This document shows positions 29,358-38,910 of a stretch of DNA of 64,000 nucleotides, piece by piece. The first letter of the stretch is position 1, and the number at the start of each line of letters is the position of its first letter. Below the pieces are notes generated by a model. It did no database searches, had not been told where the DNA came from, and saw only the letters and a list, made by a program, of their open reading frames with translations. The translations under genes were made by a program, and so were the position numbers. The stretch lies in assembly GCF_000738915.1 (NCBI RefSeq), contig NW_026515634.1, forward strand, positions 124,001 to 188,000, in the 5' to 3' direction. The stretch comes from Nematocida ausubeli (lineage: Eukaryota).

Positions 29358-29837
29358 TTATTTATACACTGTCTTTTTCTGGAAGATTTCTTTTTTATTC
29401 AATCTAAATTTGCCTATTGATCTGTGGAATAGTAAATGCGAAATATAGATGTCTTGCTGGTCGATCACTTCATTTTCTGCAGTGTTCTGAGGCTTTTTTA
29501 ATATTGACTTTGCGACAGCCACTTCATGTGCCTGCGAATGGGCTGGGATGTCCTCTATACTTTTGACCTCGCTTTCAAATGTAACCTTTTCCGAGGTGTG
29601 CGGCGGCATGCTTGTGTTTTGCCTCTGGAATAGCTCTTTCTTGGAGCCCATTCTGTGAAGAATTCGGCAGTATTGGTATCTGGAGTTTCTCTCCGTATTG
29701 ACTCGGGTGATCTCCTCATGATCATATCCCCACCCGTGCTCCCGTATCTGCGAAAGAAGCTGAGGGTGGTTGTAAAAGGCATGTGGTTGGCTCCGCAAAA
29801 GCTGTTTGACCTTAGATAGGCGCTGCCGCATGTGCAT
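29358..29837 (-). CDS. Hypothetical protein
   Basis: 159 aa ORF packed between co-oriented genes. Confidence 0.65.
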   Translation of the reverse strand: MHMRQRLSKVKQLLRSQPHAFYNHPQLLSQIREHGWGYDHEEITRVNTERNSRYQYCRILHRMGSKKELFQRQNTSMPPHTSEKVTFESEVKSIEDIPAHSQAHEVAVAKSILKKPQNTAENEVIDQQDIYISHLLFHRSIGKFRLNKKEIFQKKTVYK

Positions 29838-29906
29838 GGACTAAAAATATAAAATAATAATAAAGCATTGCTGCCCATAACATAGCTTCTTAGCTAATTC
29901 ATTTAA

Positions 29907-30827
29907 TTAATGATTATCCTCGCTAGTCCAATCCATAATAAGATTTACAGCCTTTGTCAGATCACCTTCCGTGCATACGAGTGCAACTAGGTTGAGCTCA
30001 ACGTTGCTATATCCTATCTGTTCCAACTCTGAAAGCTCAGACTGGTACTTTTTCATGGCCTCTTCTCGGTTGAAAGAGGGCATCATGCCTGCAGGAATTT
30101 GTACTTGCTGCGCTCCTTGAGCCTGCGGCTGCTGGGACATCCCCTGCCCAAATCCAGGCATGCCTCCCATTCCAGGGTTCATGTACATATTTGATAAATT
30201 CGGGTTGTCCATCATGTGGTTCATGAAAGATTCAAACTGCTCTGGGTTGCTCTTTGCAAGGTCTGCAAATTTGTTTATGCTGTCCATCATGGTTTTCTTT
30301 GTTGCCTCTGGAATGTTTTGCATGCTTAGAGAGGCCTCCATAAGCACCTTTATCTGCTCTGGATTCTTCATAAGCTCTTTCATTTTGGTCTGCATCATAG
30401 CCTGCATCTCGCTGCTGTTGCCATCCATGTTTGGCATCGAATTTAGAATCTGGGGATCCATCTGCCCGGGCCATCCGTTTGGCATTGTCATATTAGGTGC
30501 GCTGCTTGATGCTCTGCTGCGAGGCGCTTCTGAGGCGTGTGCCTCTTCGCCTGCCGGCGCTTCTGCCTGCGCTGGGCTGGGGGTAGAGCTTGCTTTCTTT
30601 TCCGAGCTTGGCACAACCAAGTGCACCATTGAGTCATCCTCTAGCTTGTATGTTTTGAGTGGCTCCTGGTCCTTAAGTAGTTTTCCAACATGAATGAGCC
30701 TGATCTTTGAAACCGGAGCCTGTGCTTGCTCGGATATCTTCTCTTTTAGCGCTAATACCGTGCTTTCTGGTCCCTCCACTTCCACGCTGTAGACCTCTCC
30801 TTTGCTTGTCTTTACATTAATCTTCAT
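29907..30827 (-). CDS. DSK2: Ubiquilin/Dsk2 UBL-STI1-UBA protein
   Basis: N-terminal UBL (RLIHVGKLLKD), M/N/P-rich STI1-like middle, C-terminal UBA (YQSELSELEQIGY..NLVAL...GDL..AV). Confidence 0.9.
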   Translation of the reverse strand: MKINVKTSKGEVYSVEVEGPESTVLALKEKISEQAQAPVSKIRLIHVGKLLKDQEPLKTYKLEDDSMVHLVVPSSEKKASSTPSPAQAEAPAGEEAHASEAPRSRASSSAPNMTMPNGWPGQMDPQILNSMPNMDGNSSEMQAMMQTKMKELMKNPEQIKVLMEASLSMQNIPEATKKTMMDSINKFADLAKSNPEQFESFMNHMMDNPNLSNMYMNPGMGGMPGFGQGMSQQPQAQGAQQVQIPAGMMPSFNREEAMKKYQSELSELEQIGYSNVELNLVALVCTEGDLTKAVNLIMDWTSEDNH

Positions 30828-31098
30828 TATTTACAAGCAAAAAAAAGGAATTATATACAAATCGGCAAACAAATATATTGCCCGGCGCACTTTAAAAAGC
30901 CGCCAAAGCACTCAGCGCGCCTGCATGGTGCAATCACTCCTATGCAAGCCCAGGCTGCACGGCAATCTGGCATTCTAAAGAAAGAAACTATGTGCCCTGA
31001 TGCACAGCACTTTGCAACTACTAAACACACACAGTTTAGCAGTAGTATTCACGTGCCTTTGCTCTGCCTATTCCATGTGGTATTGTTATTATTTTTAT

Positions 31099-31533
31099 CT
31101 ATACAGAGAGACTGGGATTAGTTCTTGCATTATTGCTTTTTTCCTGCATCACTAGCTCTAGTATGTAGTCATTGAAAAATTCTTCACTTGATGTGTCTGT
31201 GTTGTGATCTATGGTAAGCAAATACTCAACCATTAGAGACAAATATTCATCCTCTCCCTCTTCTTTCTTGTGCATATCGGTGCTTTCATATTTCTCTATT
31301 GGGAAAGTCTTTTCTGAATTGTACTTTCTACATCGGGTTTGTGCAGTGGGTTCTTTTTTAAAATATTTGGCCTCTATAGGCATCTCGTCAGTAACTTCTT
31401 TTTGCGTTTCTTCTGCTTTTTCCACATAGCCAAGGAATGGATATATGCAGAAGGGTATAGCTGCTAAAACAAAGCACGCCACATACATAAGAATTGTTCT
31501 AATTGAAAGTAGACGTGTATCCTCTGTGTACAT
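31099..31533 (-). CDS. Small orphan protein with N-terminal hydrophobic segment
   Basis: TILMYVACFVLAAIPFCIYPFLG followed by an acidic region. Confidence 0.65.
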   Translation of the reverse strand: MYTEDTRLLSIRTILMYVACFVLAAIPFCIYPFLGYVEKAEETQKEVTDEMPIEAKYFKKEPTAQTRCRKYNSEKTFPIEKYESTDMHKKEEGEDEYLSLMVEYLLTIDHNTDTSSEEFFNDYILELVMQEKSNNARTNPSLSV

Positions 31534-32180
31534 TATTTGTTTAGATAAATGTTGATGCTTTTATTTTGGAATTGGGAATACCCGCACTGCCAAGCACTAA
31601 ACCTGCTGGATGTGCACTGCATCCTGCACTATTACAGTATATGTATTTTATAAAACTGCATCGCATTTATACACGTGCTGATATGAGAGAGTTCTATTCA
31701 TAGATTTTTGGGCTTAATCAGAAGAGTTTCTATTTCTTTCATATTATTATTGGATATATTTTGAGTCTGCAGCAGTTGCATTTTCTTACTAAAAATTAAG
31801 GTCTTCTCATAGCTAAATACATACTGAAATATTAAAATTCTTTCTATGCCTCACAGAACCATCATGCATACTATTGGGGTGATACTAAGCTTAAATAAAA
31901 TTTATTTATCTACGAAATTCGGGGTTATGCGTAGGCTATCCACTTGCACAGGCAGTTCAGAAAACAAAAATGCATCTATAGGCTACTATTTTATGAGATC
32001 ACATCTTATTGAAATATCACATAAAACACAAAATATTGCATGCTAGTCACATATAAGTCATCCTGTATATAATTTAAGATGTAAAACCAATTCGGACAGA
32101 ACTCTTCTAATACAAAAACATGCCATGCGGATGGCCTACTCCATTTATATTACCTTAGTGAAAATACTTTCTCAGCAATA

Positions 32181-32492
32181 TTAACCGCATTCATGCCCGT
32201 TGTGTCCGCAATGCGTATGGCCCCCCAGAGTTTTCACTGTGATTGTGCCATTTCCCTTTTTTTCTTCTGAGATGTCACTCATGAAAACAGGAGAAGTTTC
32301 CTCTTGCACAGAAATAGCAGTATGGCCATGAATATGAGCATGACCGTGAATATTCTCACTACTATTCATGCCAAAGCCGCCTTTTGAATTCTTTTTGGAG
32401 ACCATAAAAATACTTCCTATTATTAAGAGTAATAGCAGCAGCACAACAGCACATCCAATGACTATCTTTATAGGCCTTGTAATTACACCCAT
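32181..32492 (-). CDS. Small N-anchored membrane protein, His-rich
   Basis: IVIGCAVVLLLLLLIIGSIFMV TM segment; HGHAHIHGH and HTHCGHNGHECG. Confidence 0.75.
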   Translation of the reverse strand: MGVITRPIKIVIGCAVVLLLLLLIIGSIFMVSKKNSKGGFGMNSSENIHGHAHIHGHTAISVQEETSPVFMSDISEEKKGNGTITVKTLGGHTHCGHNGHECG

Positions 32493-32588
32493 CTTTACAT
32501 ATCTTCTCTTTCTGCTATTTATAGTTTCTAGCCATCAGATATGTGTCATTCTCTAGTATAGCCTTTACTCTATTGGTTATTTTTTTTG

Positions 32589-34553
32589 ATGCATAGTGCA
32601 ATTGAGGAGAAATTTGAGCTCATGGATATTATGAGGTATACAGTACCTACCCCTTCCCCTGCAGGCACTCCTGAATGCGTGATGAGTGCGCTCAGACAGC
32701 ATACCCCACTATATCTCCTTGATGTTTATCTCTACGCCTCTGGCATTCCAATTAGGGCCCTTCTCCATCCCTCAATGTACAGCCGCGTGCTAAAGGGATG
32801 GCTGAAAATAGGAAGCATTGTGAAGATCCTAGGAATTGAAGGGGACATGATTACAGAGCTGGAGCGGACAGAAGAGTGTTCTGAAAGAGATCTCACATCG
32901 ATTAAAAAAGATGTGTATATAACACTGCCAAATCCAATATATAGCCCAAAGGGATACTACATGCCTCTTCTTTCAGACGAAGGATATATGAAGTGGGACC
33001 GAAGGTGGAAGCGATTTCTGGAGAAATATTTGAGCGAGGCAGATGACCAAGAAATTCTATTAGCTAATAGCCTAGAGGAGCTAGGGGCTCTTTCTAAGCA
33101 AGGGGCTGGCGGGGCAGCGACTGGGAAAAAGTCGCATTTAGTAATTCGCTCTGAAGAGGAAGACAAGAAAAGCCTGTTTGAGCCAAAAGCAAGAGTTAAT
33201 CAGGCTGGATACAAAAATGCACAAAACAACACTATATGTGGCCAGGTGATTCTTAAGAGCAGGCTGTTTACCTTTTCCTCAGGAGGGAGCCTTCCTTTGT
33301 TTTTCTCCTTTATTTTGCTTACATCCGCAGGCCTTGTTAAGGTGTATGTTTGGAAGCTGGCAGTGCGCAAGTTCTTCTGCATAAAGGAGGGAGACTCCAT
33401 CTTCATCCGGGGGTTCAAGATCAAAAGGCGGCCTGGTGCTCTTCTAATTGCAGACAGGACAAACACAGACTCAGATACAAAATACGCATCGATTCCAGAG
33501 ATTAGCGTGAATCTTACTGAGCCCACTGGCCACATTATGGAAATGGAAATGCTGCACGGGCTCCCTAAAGTTCCATACGACCCAGAGTTTACCACTGTTA
33601 TTGGCACAGTTGAGTATGTAAGCTCTCTGTTTAGGTACAGAGAAGGAAAGGCCCGGATGAAGTTCAGAGAGTATGTCTATCTAAAGGTTTCTGGGATCAT
33701 TATAAAGCTATTAGCAAATGACACAGAAAGCATCATAGACATAAAAACAGGCACTTCAATTGAGGTGCGCCATCTGAGAAAAGGAACAATTGGGCCTTTT
33801 GAGTTTTATATTTCATCGCTTTATACACAGTTCTACCTGGATAGGTCAAATGCCCCGCTATTTGACAAGCATGTTATAACAGGCGACTCAACATCAGTGG
33901 CAGAAGAGAACGCAATGGGATACATACCTGTCTGCTTCAGCACATACTGCGAGCACATGACCGCAGCAAACGATGGAATTGGCGTTCTGTGCATTAAAAA
34001 TAAGCCAATCCCAAGAGAGTCCCCTGACTCAGCATACATCAAAAAAGACCGCATGTACTTTGGGGAGCTGCGTTCTTTATCGGAAGCAATGGAGGAGATA
34101 AACAGTCTCTGCATGGACGAGCTTAAAAGATTTGTTGTTGCAGGGAAGCTGGCTGCTGTAAAGTATCAGTCACAGGGAGACTGCACAATAGGAGACTCTA
34201 CTGTAGACATATCGTATATGGCAACTGAAACCACAATAGAGGAGATTCAAGAAGAAGACATAGACAGATCCTCTGGGATATACGAAAATACCTTTTGCAC
34301 AAAAATAGAAGAGAATATTGTGCTTAGAATTCAAGACAAGTCTTGCTTCATTGACATCCAGGTCTTCCAAAACCACTTAGTTTACGACAGCTTTGAAGAA
34401 AGCGTGCTGGACTTCCTTAAAGCAGAGAAAACTAGCGCATCGATCTACGAAGAGCTGAAAAAAAGGGTGGGGAATGAGTACTATGTGGTTTTTGATGCAA
34501 TTCGGGTTGATGAAGAAGTTGTTTTGCACGTTGGTGTCTCTCTGCTTGTGTAG
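32589..34553 (+). CDS. RADX (CXorf57)-like OB-fold protein (tentative)
   Basis: GYYMPLLSDEGY, VILKSRL..F...FILL..GLVKVYVW..F..IKEGDSIFIRGFKIK, EISVN..EP, VIGTVEYV...FREYVYL recall RADX OB folds in order. Confidence 0.55.
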   Translation: MHSAIEEKFELMDIMRYTVPTPSPAGTPECVMSALRQHTPLYLLDVYLYASGIPIRALLHPSMYSRVLKGWLKIGSIVKILGIEGDMITELERTEECSERDLTSIKKDVYITLPNPIYSPKGYYMPLLSDEGYMKWDRRWKRFLEKYLSEADDQEILLANSLEELGALSKQGAGGAATGKKSHLVIRSEEEDKKSLFEPKARVNQAGYKNAQNNTICGQVILKSRLFTFSSGGSLPLFFSFILLTSAGLVKVYVWKLAVRKFFCIKEGDSIFIRGFKIKRRPGALLIADRTNTDSDTKYASIPEISVNLTEPTGHIMEMEMLHGLPKVPYDPEFTTVIGTVEYVSSLFRYREGKARMKFREYVYLKVSGIIIKLLANDTESIIDIKTGTSIEVRHLRKGTIGPFEFYISSLYTQFYLDRSNAPLFDKHVITGDSTSVAEENAMGYIPVCFSTYCEHMTAANDGIGVLCIKNKPIPRESPDSAYIKKDRMYFGELRSLSEAMEEINSLCMDELKRFVVAGKLAAVKYQSQGDCTIGDSTVDISYMATETTIEEIQEEDIDRSSGIYENTFCTKIEENIVLRIQDKSCFIDIQVFQNHLVYDSFEESVLDFLKAEKTSASIYEELKKRVGNEYYVVFDAIRVDEEVVLHVGVSLLV

Positions 34554-34603
34554 ATGTCCTGCAAAGAATTGTATAATTATAGTTTGAGAAGATGAAAAAA
34601 TAA

Positions 34604-35062
34604 ATGTGGAGCACAAACGAAAGACTTCTGAAGGAATCGGAAAGTAAAAGAGTACCAAGAGAGAGAAATAGCGGGCCAAAAAGTGTGTACATCCCTGAGG
34701 CCTCGGTGTACGATGACCAGCCAGTTCTGGGCGGGCCACGGGTCTCTACTGTTCAGCAAAAAGCTCTTACAGTATTTGGATACTCTCCCTCGAATTTAGA
34801 GTGCGTGCTGCGCCAATTCAAAAGCGTAGGGGAAATAAAGGAAATAAGCTACGGAAAAAACTGGATGGACATAAAATATGAGAAAGAAAAGTGCATGATG
34901 CAGGCCCTCCAGATGAGCAGCCAAATAATAAACGGGGAGATGATTGGGGTAGCACAAAGAGCCAGAAAGAACATAGACATAGGGAGTATAGAGAAAAGTG
35001 CTCTTTTTTTGAAGAAGGACGATGGATTGCTAGGAAGAATTTGCAGGTATTTATTTGGATAG
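34604..35062 (+). CDS. NUP53: Nucleoporin Nup53/Nup35 RRM domain
   Basis: LTVFGYSP, F..VGEI, NWMDIKY, QAL, INGEMIGV; C-terminal amphipathic LLGRICRYLFG. Confidence 0.85.
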   Translation: MWSTNERLLKESESKRVPRERNSGPKSVYIPEASVYDDQPVLGGPRVSTVQQKALTVFGYSPSNLECVLRQFKSVGEIKEISYGKNWMDIKYEKEKCMMQALQMSSQIINGEMIGVAQRARKNIDIGSIEKSALFLKKDDGLLGRICRYLFG

Positions 35063-35528
35063 GATGCAGCTTATAGCGCACTGGCTATGTTGTAATAATA
35101 AAATGCTCTATCTAAAGGGCCCATCTTTCATTTTTACATTATTTACTTCAGAGACTGCGCGTTGTTTTCGGGTTATATAGAGGTGTATTTATTGAATGGC
35201 GCTGTGTCCTTTGGAGTTCATTTAGTGCATCTCAAGTAAGTGCTCAAAATATAACCAGAACACACCCATATGGAATATAAATCAAATAGACACTCTTCTT
35301 TCTTCTAAAAGATATATACTGTATCCCCATTCGTAGCTGCCTTTATATTAAAGAAGCAAGCCAAATATTCATGCTATACAGAACTCTTCAAGCCCTATCC
35401 AACAAACACCTAGTCATCTGTTATTTTTGTATTCCTAAGAATAATATTTAAGAAAAAACCCCATAAACAGCATTACACACATCTTTCATTCTCTGCAGTA
35501 TCTTCTAACTAGACTTTCATTCTCTGCA

Positions 35529-36053
35529 CTAGTCTCTGACTAAGTCAATCAAATCGTCTGCTTGGAGTACATTATCTAGAAGTTGTGAGTCCTCAAGTAC
35601 ATCTCCATCAAATTCAAAGTGCGCTGTCTCTATGTTTGGAAGAGAAGAAAGAAGGGCCTTTGTACTGATCAAAAGGTCTTTTACAGTCTCCTCTTCTTTT
35701 CGCTCTATTTCTATCTTCTCATACCTTCCGTACTGAACATAGTACTTTATTACCTCCTTTGGCTTTGCAGCCTCTTTTGGAAGAACGACCTTCAAGACAG
35801 GCATGCCCTCCTGAGCAGGAAGCACACTTGCTTTGGCGTATCTAGATAGAGGCATTCCATTGTGCTCTAGCACTAGAGACATATTAAATCGATTCTCATA
35901 GCTTGCATATATTGTTTCAAATGTTTCGTTCTCCATTAGCGAGTAGATCTTCTCTGTTCCTCCAAATATGACATTCACATCAAGTTTCTTTGGTTTTTTC
36001 TTTATATCCTGTGTGTCTGCGGGCTTTCTTAGAAATTCCCACTCGTCATCCAT
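35529..36053 (-). CDS. Esc2/Rad60/NIP45-like tandem SUMO-like domain protein
   Basis: Two ubiquitin-like halves; C-terminal HFEFDGDVL...ADDLIDLV without di-Gly. Confidence 0.65.
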   Translation of the reverse strand: MDDEWEFLRKPADTQDIKKKPKKLDVNVIFGGTEKIYSLMENETFETIYASYENRFNMSLVLEHNGMPLSRYAKASVLPAQEGMPVLKVVLPKEAAKPKEVIKYYVQYGRYEKIEIERKEEETVKDLLISTKALLSSLPNIETAHFEFDGDVLEDSQLLDNVLQADDLIDLVRD

Positions 36054-36088
36054 TATGTAATGAAAAATTTACTTGCTCTTTCTTTCCT

Positions 36089-36358
36089 ATGCACACACAA
36101 ATATTAAGCCAGCTGAAAGGAATTAAAGAAAGGCTAGCAAACTTGGCAGCACAAAGAAGGTGTATTCCAAACACTCTAGAAGAGTTTTTTCCTTTCGGAT
36201 CAGCAGTAGATCTTCTAAGGAAAATAGAGAACGAAGAGAATTATCTGTACGTGGAGGCAGCCAAGCTAAAGGAGAAGCTTTCCCTGCACAGCACAGGCCC
36301 CGGAAAGACATCTCTCTCTCCGGAGGTGTGGACTATGATATACCCTGAAAATCTTTAG
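36089..36358 (+). CDS. Small hypothetical protein (89 aa)
   Basis: ATG 36089, divergent from the ESC2-like gene; coding-like helical sequence. Confidence 0.55.
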   Translation: MHTQILSQLKGIKERLANLAAQRRCIPNTLEEFFPFGSAVDLLRKIENEENYLYVEAAKLKEKLSLHSTGPGKTSLSPEVWTMIYPENL

Positions 36359-36590
36359 ATGCTTCCTTTTAGCTCCTGAATGTGCGCTCACATGGTCGGT
36401 TCTATGCTCTTCGCCGATTTCTATTAAATAAATTCCGAATATGTATATATTAATTCGATTAAAATTTATGACATGTAGGCTTTCACTTTTGTTAGTTTTT
36501 CAATAGATACAAAGATTAGACTAAAAAGCGCATAAATCGAAGAGTCGATGGGGAAAGTGTGCTCATAATAGTTTACAGTTTCTAAATCGC

Positions 36591-37100
36591 ATGAAACAAT
36601 ACAGGAGAACACGGAGAATCCATCAGGATGAAGACAGAGATCATCTTAGTGCAGTGGAGCAGGAAGAAATCCCAAGCAGCACTGAACATGAGAGGCTGGA
36701 AAAGGAAAAAGAGGAGTCAAAGGAGGCGTGTGCAATTGCCCAGGCGATTCTCTCCATAAAAACAATTGAGACCGAAATAGACAGAAAAGAGAAGAACCGA
36801 ATAGCTGCAAAGAAAAGCAGAGAGAAAAAGCTGCAGTACATAGAAAGCCTGGAGGCCCACCTATACCAGGAGAAGAGCAAAAACCAGCACCTGCACCAAA
36901 AAATAGGCGTTCTCTACAACGTTTTGGAAAAGCTGCTGCTGGAAACCGAAGCAGGAATAGTTGAAAAAAGGCCTGGCACAGCGCAGATTGCAAACATTTT
37001 TGTGAACTGCGATCAATACATTGCTCTTCCTCCAAGGCACAAAAACATTATTGGGAATCTAAAGTACTTTTTGTTTACCAGTAAAAATTTGGATATATAA
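36591..37100 (+). CDS. bZIP transcription factor
   Basis: RKEKNRIAAKKSREKKLQYIESLE basic region plus leucine zipper. Confidence 0.9.
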   Translation: MKQYRRTRRIHQDEDRDHLSAVEQEEIPSSTEHERLEKEKEESKEACAIAQAILSIKTIETEIDRKEKNRIAAKKSREKKLQYIESLEAHLYQEKSKNQHLHQKIGVLYNVLEKLLLETEAGIVEKRPGTAQIANIFVNCDQYIALPPRHKNIIGNLKYFLFTSKNLDI

Positions 37101-37131
37101 GAGAAAAACAAATATTTATAAGAAATTAGCA

Positions 37132-38061
37132 ATGGGAAATAAAGCAGAGGCCGAAAATGCATATGGGGAGGCAGAGTCCAGCCTTGACACCCGCGGGTTC
37201 CCTGAGCAGATGAAGAATTTTTCGAAAAAGGGGCATGGAATGGATCAGGATAGGAACATAATTGTTGTCAAGGAGGTTATTGTTGTTACGGTGGATAATG
37301 GAAGTGCGAGTGCGCTGAGCAGCTTAATTGCGCTTGCAATTGTTTTTGTTGGCACGCAAATTATAGCGTCAGTCTGGAAAAAGTACCACCCAAAGTCCTT
37401 CAATGTAGTTAATGTTGCCACGCTTATTTTCTTTCCATTCGTGGCAGGACTTCTCTCCAAATCGTATTTATTCATTTCCATCTGGGCTGCCATTGTCTTT
37501 ACACACTTTGTCGCGTTTAAAGACATTTTTATGGGGCGCAGGCCCAGGCTTCTTACCACAAATGTGTATAATATATACAGAGTTATATTTCAGTGCAGTC
37601 TGGTTGTCTCGATCATCGGATACCTTATGGTGGCCTTTGGGTTCTTCAGACAAATTAGGCCGATGTATATGGGCGGAGTGCGCTGCCTGATGTTTGTGCT
37701 GTACTTCACGCTGATCATTCGAATAGGGCTGGATATTGTAAGCAGCAGGGCATCTGGAACAATACTCCCATCCAAGGCAGCCAAAACACAAGGGAATGTG
37801 TGCCCGCTGTGCCAGATGGAAATAGTTGACAAAAAGATGACACTTGCATGCAAAGAGTCCTTCCATATCAACTGCATTAAGAACTGGAAGATACTTGGAA
37901 AGAAAGATACTTGCCCGTCGTGCAAAGAGAAAGTAGACCTATCGGAGATTGAAATGAATCCCTGGCAGAAGAATGAATACTTATTCACGAAGTTTTTAGA
38001 CTTTACAGGAAATCTTATTTTTGCATATGCTGTGATTCAGGGAATTATTCTTTTCATGTAG
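37132..38061 (+). CDS. RNF121/RNF175-like membrane RING E3 ligase
   Basis: Several TM segments, WKKYHPKSF, RING CPLC..C...FHINCIKNW..GKKDTCPSCKEKVDL, NPW. Confidence 0.88.
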   Translation: MGNKAEAENAYGEAESSLDTRGFPEQMKNFSKKGHGMDQDRNIIVVKEVIVVTVDNGSASALSSLIALAIVFVGTQIIASVWKKYHPKSFNVVNVATLIFFPFVAGLLSKSYLFISIWAAIVFTHFVAFKDIFMGRRPRLLTTNVYNIYRVIFQCSLVVSIIGYLMVAFGFFRQIRPMYMGGVRCLMFVLYFTLIIRIGLDIVSSRASGTILPSKAAKTQGNVCPLCQMEIVDKKMTLACKESFHINCIKNWKILGKKDTCPSCKEKVDLSEIEMNPWQKNEYLFTKFLDFTGNLIFAYAVIQGIILFM

Positions 38062-38910
38062 AGCGAGAAAGCCCTAGTCAAACTGTGTTTTATAGACTAA
38101 ATGTACCAAGATGCAGAAATCATACAACATATTTCGAATAAAACATTTGTTATCTTATATCGATGGTGGTGTAGCTATATTTATTGCATTTACTATTTAT
38201 TGCATTTCTTATTATTCATATACATGTTTAGCTAAAAGTTCTAATATGCATAGCACCAATGTGTGCATTCTCACAATAAATGCGCTGATACTATTCAGGG
38301 ATATCTGCTAGAAAGCAGACTATATAGACAGCTGCATTCTCTATCTCAGCTATTAAGTTCTCTAGCCGTATTTACACATAAGAATGCAATTAATACTACC
38401 GTAAGCCATATTTAATATAAGGGCACATACTACAGAGTATAAGGTCTGCTTTAATCAGAAATTCCTCTAGGAGCACATGCTTCATACAGCAATATATTCT
38501 CAGATGCATTTTACTCACAAAGTATTCATTTATGCAGCGCTCAAAAAGAACCATGCTAGAGTAAGCGCAGGAGAGCCACAAATTAAAATACTATAGCATT
38601 ACAAAAAGACTTTCATTTGGTGTTTTCCTTCCTCTATCTTGCGCGCGCATGTTAAAACATCTGTGTATTCTAGTCGGCCGCCAATTTTCCTGGTGTGCTC
38701 TTGGTTTGTGTCATATGTGTATATCGGGCTTTCTTTTGCTGACAAACACAGAATGCATGCAGAGATGGCGCCAGATATTTAATTGGACCGCATAATAATT
38801 GCGCTCTGATCACTTAGATGGCAGAGAGCTAAAAATCTTAATCAAGCAGAGTTTCCAACTAAAAGAAGAAAAGCATTTATTTTCAGTAAAGGCAGAATTT
38901 ATTAATTTGG

